DNA of 64,000 bases, from positions 4,216,001 through 4,280,000 of the forward strand of contig CP089277.1 of assembly GCA_023920165.1 (NCBI GenBank). Reading direction: 5' to 3'. Shown piece after piece: positions 56,538 through 64,000 of the stretch. Positions within the stretch are counted from its first letter, which is position 1. Each line of letters starts with the position of its first letter. The position numbers and the translations under genes were made by a program. Origin of the DNA: Curvularia clavata (Eukaryota). The notes below the pieces were generated by a model. It was not told where the DNA came from. It ran no database searches and saw only the letters and a program-made list of their open reading frames with translations.

Positions 56538-56648
56538 CAACCCTAGTCGTACGACGTTGCCCTGGTGTATTACCCAAACCCCTAATTCTGGGGTTGGGGT
56601 TAACTTGAGGTTAAGCCCTAACCCTACCCTACCCTGGGCACGGGCCAC
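56538..56648 (+). repeat. Telomere-like terminus motif CCCTAACCCTACCCTACCCTGGGCACGG-GCCAC
   Basis: Same architecture as TAACCCTAAGCACGG-ACCAC at 30501-30520; ~215 bp upstream of the recombinase ATG. Confidence 0.8.
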
Positions 56649-56790
56649 ATCAGCGAACACCAACTCTTCATCACATTTTATTAAATATCTCACGCTATAG
56701 CTGTCGTATAGTTATAAAAAGTGGTTCGTTAAATTAACACGGGTTTTCTGCACCTGTGATAGAACTTGAATGAATTTTAAGCGCTATTCC

Positions 56791-56884
56791 GACCTTAGTT
56801 CTAATCTCTAATAAATTCTGCAGAACTAAGGTCTGGAAAGTCGCCAAGAAATCGGGAACTAAGGTCGATTCTGACCTTAGTTCC
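56791..56884. repeat. Four copies of GACCTTAGTTC in two inverted pairs, including a perfect 12-6-12 palindrome
   Basis: GGAACTAAGGTC-GATTCT-GACCTTAGTTCC at 56855-56884; second pair at 56791-56802 and 56822-56833. Confidence 0.9.
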
Positions 56885-57130
56885 GTCAGGGATTGAGGAT
56901 AGGGGAACGGCATATATGACATGATGTGGCCCCCGTACCTGCTACCTACTCCCGAAAGGCGACCCGCCGTCGTCTTGAGCCTTGTCACCACAGAGTTACT
57001 AATATCGTCTCCTTGGGATTTCACTAGTCAGGTCGGGATGGTTGGGTAGTGAACGTAAGTTCGGACCATGACTGGGGGATGATGGTCCGTGCTGCCGATA
57101 CAGGTGCCACCGAAGAGGCTGAAGCCGCTA

Positions 57131-57396
57131 GACTGCCTGTGCGCGTAGCGAGCCACTTTTTAAAAATGTAAGGGGCTACGCTCAGGAAGCTATCGCACAG
57201 GTATACAAGAGTTGTATTTGACAGAGAGCTAAGCTCTAGGCTGCGTGGCTGTCTGTATGTATCTGGGTAAGAAGCGGTGAGATAAGCTCGCTTGTAGCCT
57301 GAGCAAGAATCGAGCTGAAGAACCGAGATATTATCGAGGAGAAGAGAACAAAGAGCTCTAGCCCATCACACTGGCTCGCTATGCGCACAGGCAGTC
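57131..57396. mobile_element. TA-flanked TIR element shell containing a solo-LTR-like insert (57167-57370)
   Basis: 25-bp TIRs GACTGCCTGTGCGC(G/A)TAGCGAGCCA with 1 mismatch and TA on both sides; interior TGTAAGGGGCTA...TAGCCCATCACA. Confidence 0.8.
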
Positions 57397-57664
57397 TAAA
57401 GCCGTGGCGCATGCTTCTAGAAGCGTCTTTATTTCTTGGAGCGCAGCCGCAACCGGGTTGATGGGGTGTACGTCACGCGGATCCGCGCGTCGCGCGCGTG
57501 GACACAGTAGTAATATCGCAGTCAGTGTTGTTGCTCGCTGCAGTATCCGCCCCCACATTGCACCCCTGCCGCCTCCCTCGCTGTCCACCGCTTCTCTCAG
57601 CCAGACGTCCACGAACCTTCCACACCATCACACCTACCACCCCCGTACCTCTGCCGAAAGCACA

Positions 57665-58996
57665 ATGTCGAACAAGAAGAACGAGGACCTTGAGAAGGGA
57701 GGCAATGGGTCGGCTGAGCACGAGAGCTTTCTGCCCAAGCCGGCGCTTCACTACCGCGCTCGCGTCGATGGCGGCACGAGCGGCCTTCTTGCGCGGCTCG
57801 ACAATAGTCCCGGCGCTGCTGTTTTGGCTTATTGCTTCTCCTCGATCAGCATGACCGTCGTAAACAAGTACGTCGTGTCGGGCTCGTCTTGGAACTTGAA
57901 CTTTCTCTATCTGGCTACTCAGGTACGTGCCGCTCTGTACCCACACCACCTCGCTGCGCTCAGCTAACGTCGTTTGGCAGGCCGTCATCTGTACAGTTGC
58001 CATCTTGGCCTTGCACCATGCGGGGTTGATTGCCAATCTCGCCGCTTTTGAAGTCCACCGAGCGAGGAGATGTATGTTTGCTATAACCTGTGCGTCCATG
58101 CATGCTAAATTATCGTTAGGGCTCCCCGTGTCCGCCGTTTTTGTCGGCATGATCTATACAAGCACCAAAGCTCTGCAATACTTATCGGTTCCGGTGTACA
58201 CCATCTTCAAGAATTTGACAATCGTCGTCATTGCATACGGCGAGGTTCTGTGGTTTGGTGGCAATCTCACCCCACTACTTCTGCTGTCCTTTGGCTTTAT
58301 GGTGCTCAGCTCAGTTGTGGCCGCGTGGGCTGACATTCAGGCTGCCCTGAGCGGCGTGGGGCACTCACGTGAGACGGCTGCTGCCATCTCCACCTTGAAT
58401 GCCGGCTATGTGTGGATGGCGCTTAATGTTTTCTGCTCGGCCACGTACGTCCTGGGTACGCGCAAGTTTATCATGTCAATGAAATTAAAGGAGTGGGATA
58501 GTAAGTTCTGCAATCAACATTGCAGGGCAGCAGTGGAAACTAATTCGAATGACCAGCCATGTTCTACAACAACCTGCTCTCCCTGCCCATTCTGATTATC
58601 TGCTCCCTGCTCACCGAGGACTGGTCTATGGCCAATCTAGCGCGAAACTTTCCCGCCGAGTCGCGAAACCACCTGATAGTGGGCATGTTCTACTCTGGCC
58701 TCGGTGCCATCTTCATCTCCTACTCCTCGGCCTGGTGTATTCGCAAAACGTCGTCTACTACATACTCGTTTGTTGGATATTTGAACAAGCTTCCCCTCGC
58801 CATTAGCGGCATTGTGTTTTTTGACACACCCGTCACGTTCGGTAGCGTGTCGGCTATTCTGCTGGGATTCTTTAGTGGCCTTATTTACGGCTATGGCAAA
58901 ATGAGGCAAAAGGAACAGTCCAAGCAGGCCCTCCCCATCTCTCAACCGCCCATAAGCGCTAGCTCTCAGAGCCAGAAGGATGCATCCAAGTTGTGA
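57665..58996 (+). CDS. VRG4: Golgi GDP-mannose transporter (4 exons)
   Basis: LAYCFSSISMTVVNKYVVSG, KALQYLSVPVYTIFKNLTI, WDTMFYNNLLS, TSSTTYSFVGYLNKLP; introns 57923-57980, 58072-58119 and 58501-58556 restore the frame. Confidence 0.95.
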
Positions 58997-59563
58997 ACCA
59001 AGATTACCCTACGCTATAGTGATAGACGAGCAAATTCGCTCTCGGCTTACGTTAAGCTGTTGACAAGATCAACAACACGCAAGCTAATAGTAACAAATTG
59101 GACGCAGTCAAGAGGCATTTGGACATGGACAGCATGCACTGCGAGTAATTGTATATCGCATTGAAAACCCTGGTGGAGAAGAGATGGCAAGCATATAAAA
59201 ATCTACGTACAACAAGATGCCCACCTGTCGCATCCGAGTGCTGCCAAATTACGACCAGCGCTCAAATAATCCTGGCTCATATTCACATCCACGTACTGCA
59301 TTCTGGTACACATAGTCGGCACGATCGGTGCTCTCATCGGTCGCCAGTCCATAACGTCACACTATCCCGCAGCACACCCGCCGGAATAACCAAAAGCTGT
59401 AACTACTTCTAGGCTAAAGTAGCCTGTAAATACACAGACAATACCAACTTCGAGTTTTCTAGAATAGATGTAATTTTAGTCAAATATATACAAATCCTTC
59501 ATAAAAAATCGATTGCAAATAGTGCCAAGACGTGCAGCTTACGCGCTATCAAACCGCAAGCTA

Positions 59564-60913
59564 CAGCTATGTGACTAAAGTTTCGCCGCGCTAGCTCAAC
59601 CCCGCCCAACACCACAACCTCCACCACCACTTCGAACGCCCACCACCACCGCCACGCGTATCCAATTCGACTGCGTAGTGTTTTAAATAATGGCGCACGG
59701 TCCAAATATGAGTTTAACGGAGCGAAATATCGCGATTGGTATGTTAATAGCGGGCGCAGGTTACCGAGAAGTTGCGGAGTACTTTCACCGAGATGCGACT
59801 ACTATCCGACGCCTCCACCACAAGTACAACACCACCCACATTACTGCCGACAGGCCTCGCTCCGGACGTCCACCAGTATTTTCAGACCGTCAGAAAAAGA
59901 TTATCCGCCGTATAGTTCGAAAAACGCCTAAAATCCACCATAAAAAGCTTATTGACGAGGCCATGTTTATGATCCCCAGTATGCCACCTCTGAAGCGCCC
60001 ATGCCGCCGCACACTTTACCGGGTCCTTGCCAAACTAAATATACATAAATATCAGTGTAAGGGACGTCCAAAACTAACCGCGGAGCATGTCAAAGCGCGT
60101 TATGCCTTCGCCCAAAGGTATCGACAGTTCCCTTGGCACCGCCGCACCATAAAGTTCTCAGACGAGTGCTCTATTCAGAAGGGCTCCGGCCACCAACGCG
60201 AGTGGTGCTTCCGCTATCCAGATGAGAAATGGAAGGCGAATATGATTACTGAGCTTACTCCTTTACAGGGGCCCCAGCAGATGGTGTGGGGCGCTATATA
60301 GGTGGATAGTCGTGGGCACCCTCGGCGGAGCTCACTTATCATGATGGAAAGGGATCTAGATGCTCCCCGCGGTGGATACAGCAGCCAAGGTTACATCCAA
60401 GTCCTTCGTCAAGGACTACTGCCTCACTGGCGGCCGGGTCAGATCTATATGCATGACAACGCGCGCATACATACGAGTCGCGCTGTCCGTGGATTTCTCG
60501 AAGAACAAGGCATCAGAACACTCGACTGGCCACCATACTCACCAGATCTCAACCCTGTCGAACACCTCTGGTGGGCTCTGAAACGACGCATGGATGACTT
60601 CTACCTACAATATAGAAACTACAGCGTCGCCTAAGAAGAGTGGGATGGCTTTTGTGAGGCTCTAAAAGACTGCTGGAGACAAACACCCAATTCACTTATC
60701 TTGGCATTGATCCACTCCATGTCGCGCCGCCTCACCGCCTGTCGACGCGCGCGAGGACACCAAACCAAATACTAGTATATAGGGAATATATTCTGAAATT
60801 TAATTGAAGCAATATGCTGTTTCGGCGGAGCAATGGCTGTTGTAATCATGGGGAGTCAATTTGGGTGAGGGCGGGGCTTCCGCTAGCGCGGCGAAACTTT
60901 AGTCCTAGTACTG
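59564..60913 (+). mobile_element. Tc1-family (DD34E) DNA transposon, full length (1350 bp)
   Basis: TA target duplications; TIRs CAG(6 nt)GACTAAAGTTTCGCCGCGCTAGC at both ends. Confidence 0.95.
59690..60775 (+). pseudogene. Tc1 transposase with two premature stops
   Basis: HTH plus RSGRP, FSDE, VWGAI*, HDNA-34aa-E (SPDLNPVE), ends QTKY*; stops TAG 60299 and TAA 60632 are RIP-type changes. Confidence 0.95.
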
Positions 60914-61096
60914 TATTATTATAGCCAGCTTCTTGGACAAGTCCCACCACCAAAACAAAACAAAAGCACCGACCAACCCCGCATAGTAATAACGGACTAA
61001 GCAACAAAATGCCACCGAATAGCGATAACTACTATCGAAGTCTAAATAGAACGGAGGCAAGAAAGCCTAGGCCCTGAGGCCCAGATTGACAGGAAG

Positions 61097-61440
61097 ATGG
61101 ATATAGAAAACCTATACCCAGCCACCCCTACTCAAAACCAAAATACGCCTGGCGTGTTCGAGATCCCAATCCTACCACCAAACAAAAGACAAGCCGACTT
61201 CTCACCAGAGACTACCTATCGAGGCAGAAACCCCTTTCAGAGCACTACTACACCAAAATCAGTCGCCAAGAACTCTGAACAAGCCATCTATTGAGCCAGA
61301 GACCTAATTCTCCAAACGTCGACCATGGCCGAATCCCACATATCTCAGAACAAACTCCTAGAGCTCCAAGACGTCTTTAGAGACTATACTGAAAAAAGCC
61401 GAGTAACAAATCAAATCACAGAAAAGCTATCAGTTGAGTT
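61097..61440 (+). mobile_element. Probable non-LTR (LINE) ORF1/gag relic
   Basis: AIY*ARDLILQ..QNKLLELQDVFRDYTEK, recalled as resembling fungal LINE ORF1 N-termini; A-rich coding strand; not verified. Confidence 0.45.
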
Positions 61441-63434
61441 ATATTCCGCGTTCCGAAAATCTAGGCGTGCGATCGGCTACGATCTACGACCTACAACCTA
61501 CGACCTACGACCTACTACCTTTCTTTGCACCCCGTGTATAATAAATCGTCTGACAGGTGTGTAGAAGCTATATACTCCTGTATCAGACATGCATACGAGG
61601 GTACCTGCCACGGGTGCTTTGATAGTTGAAGAAGAGATCCTCGCTCGCTCCGCGACGCAATAGTTTGTTTGTTTCAAGATGTCGATAATGCTGTGATGCC
61701 AAAGCCTAGATCATAGGGGCATTTTGCACTCTCCCGGCCTGCAGAGTGGATTTAGCTACCCTTATCGACAGTCGCTGGTAGCTTCTGAAAGCGCAGGCGA
61801 CCGGGCGTTTCGCAACTCGTGCTTCCCTAGGTTATGCGGAAAGAACGTTCTGCTTCTCATCGACACAGAGGACGCTAGCCAAGTCAAGATGCTCAAGTAC
61901 AAGGTCAGGACGGATGTGGAAGGAGATAACTTATCCATACTATCTCACGCGCCTGGCGTACCGATCAAACAAGCGTACAATGAGCAGGGCATCAAAGTGC
62001 TAGCCGATTATATAGAGGTGATGGTCGGCTTCGTGGGTCAGAATCGAGAGCTCATCCAGACTAGAGATATCGCATCCATTGTCATCGGATCCATCCAAGG
62101 CTATACGTTCGCACCTTGAAAAGGGACGGCTCGGGTGCTGCGTTTGAGATGATACTGTTCTACAACGCCACGACTGAGAGAGTAATCAAAGGTGTGTCGA
62201 GAGGTAATTCCCCTACAAGCAGAGTATCTGAGAGGAAGCAAGAGAAGGAAAGACAACCTACGGCGAGGCTCTAGATTCCGTGTTTTGTGATGCGGCTCGA
62301 AAGCGATTCGGTTGCGAATTCGACCTGGTCAGCGATTGGTGTTGGGCTGTTTGCGGACAATTGAGGTGTGACCGCCTGCAAGCGGTTGCCTGAGATTCTC
62401 GAATCCATTCTCGCTTGACGTCTTGGATGGGTTCCATCACTAAGCGCCAGCAGATAGTGCAGGATAGGAAGGCAAACATGACATAGTGTGGTTCAAAGAA
62501 TTAGGTATCTGCAGTCCTTTATTGCTTATCTACTATCTCCTACAGAGCGCACAGCTATGACTTCAACGTAGTCCCTCGAAGCGTCCAGTTGCCTTATTTA
62601 GATCACAGGGTAAATCGGGTCGATGATAGGTATCCCACTAGTTTACACGTCGCAATATAGGATCTCGGTGCGTCCCTGACGTCCTTTATTGTTGGTTCTT
62701 TGAATCATGATAAAGCATAGCTCTGCCCAGCTATACCACGAAGTCTTTCCCAACGCAGAACCCTGTCTCTGAACACACCAATCCGTCCTCGTACATGGGC
62801 AACTGATGAATGGGCTCGATAACCTGGCTGGGTACCTCCAGCTCACCGGCATACTGGATCAAAACCAGGCCAGTTGCCTACGTCCTCCGCTATGGCTTTG
62901 GCTTGCTTTCGCTTGGCAGGATGAGCCCGCTGCACATGGCTCTTGATCTGGCTGGGCAAAACGCCATGTTGGCACTCTCTGCACACGGCCAACGCGTACT
63001 CGACCAAATGCTCAAAATGCTAGCCTCGAACGCTGCTCTCTGCCATAATTACACGACGGTTGCAATAACGATAAATTTCACAATATCGTCTGCAAACCAT
63101 AAATGAAAGTGGGCTTCGTTGGCCTATAGACACGGCTTTATGTCTCGTGTTATGGGCGCGTATCTGCTTTTCGTGGTGGCTGGTCGTTATCTGGGAACGC
63201 CTCCAAACCTGGCTGGGGTATCGTGACGTCACGACCGAGCTTCGCAACAAGGGCAGCATTTCGGTCCTGACTTTTCAGGCCTTTAGCCCATGTGATATAT
63301 GTGCAAAAGCTGAGGTCTGTTTAGTGAGACATGATGAGGACGGCTGTAGCCGAGAGTTTTCATTGTATGCTCCGAGACTGCTGATTGGCTTTAAAATGAA
63401 GTCTTATAAGGTTGGAACTGGTCATAATATATCT

Positions 63435-63775
63435 AAGAAGCGCGGCACCACCTTTGGCTTGTCCCACTGCGACTGCGGTTTGTGATAGCGCACCACCGTC
63501 ATCACCTGCCCGTTCATGACGAAGACGTTGCGGTGCTGCAGCCGCCGCCCGTTACCGTACCGCATTGTCATCGCCTCCTGCAGCGGGATCGCGAACCGGT
63601 CGTCGCGCCGCGCCACCCACACCAGCTCCTCCAAAGCTTCTGCTCCGCCTCGGCGACCACGTCCTGCGCCATCTTGTGGAACCGGGCGATATGTATCGGG
63701 CGCCCGTTCAAGTAGAAAGATGCTCTTGTCGGTCGACCAGTACGCGTTGCTCCTGTAGAAATCTTGGCGGTTGGA
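63435..63775 (-). pseudogene. Third DUF3505/recombinase-family relic, internally deleted
   Basis: FYLNGRPIHIARFHKMAQDVVAEAEQKL..L/QEAMTMRYGNG..RNVFVMNGQVMTVVRYHK..KVVPRFL; parallels RGIFIETGLVSFTTTYHKG..KTIHRY in the 32.9-kb gene. Confidence 0.75.
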
Positions 63776-64000
63776 TCAAAGGAGGGTAGAATACAGGCAC
63801 GGGGGGCTTTCTGGGATGATCGAAGAACGATCTGAAGCGGCATAATTGTCAGATGTTAACTACGTCGTGAGGTGGTTTTAGCGCATTGGTCAGAGAGGGT
63901 CCTCTAAGGCACATCATAGATAGCAGCAACGCGTCGCTAGCTAAACAGTGGGTCATATTTCATGAGTTAGATAGCAAGCATAGTCAACCCCATTTCCACG

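Larger units (their letters stand above)
30521..56643. mobile_element. Candidate ~26-kb tyrosine-recombinase/helicase composite element
   Basis: ACCAC|CCGTGC ... GCACGG|GCCAC boundaries; inward-pointing recombinase-like genes near both ends; cargo of RIP-broken helicase genes. Boundary motifs are short, so the extent is a hypothesis. Confidence 0.35.

Noticed and set aside
30521..56643. Canonical Starship
   Set aside because: I recognise no DUF3435 captain or typical auxiliary genes (DUF3723, ferric reductase, patatin). The recombinase-like genes here are DUF3505/RecQ-associated. An HMM search is needed to exclude it fully.
61724..63420. ORFs 61724-62119, 62810-63106 and 63147-63485
   Set aside because: No family motifs or consistent splice structure; left unannotated.

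Overview
Fungal genomic DNA. The ITS and 18S signatures point to Pleosporaceae, and the ITS1 is Curvularia-like by recall only. Four zones. (1) 1-12339: the end of the rDNA array. The unit is 7816 bp (18S-ITS1-5.8S-ITS2-28S-IGS, with no 5S and no introns seen) and it breaks inside the IGS at an LTR plus a RIP-degraded Ty3/gypsy relic. (2) 13.5-29.6 kb: an intact five-gene catabolic or detox-type cluster (CocE/NonD hydrolase, C2H2+Zn2Cys6 transcription factor, FAD monooxygenase, metallo-beta-lactamase, TRI12-type MFS), interrupted by a nest of RIP-mutated repeats that includes a self-priming miniature LTR element. (3) 29.7-56.7 kb: a helicase-rich island. It holds a ~1500-codon DUF3505-like / tyrosine-recombinase-like / RecQ gene, an SNF2 ATPase and a six-zinc-knuckle Upf1-like helicase that the ORF track shows only as fragments, and a second truncated recombinase gene. 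Most of these are broken by RIP-type in-frame stops. Telomere-like termini with CCGTGC...GCACGG inverted ends and (A/G)CCAC direct repeats bound it, making it a candidate ~26-kb non-Starship tyrosine-recombinase element. (4) 57-64 kb: an intact GDP-mannose transporter, a DD34E Tc1 transposon, and LINE and recombinase relics. A 19-bp tandem array at 30 kb matches the rDNA IGS subrepeat in inverted orientation (28/29 bp). All family calls come from reading motifs by eye. No database searches were run, and rRNA and exon ends are approximate.
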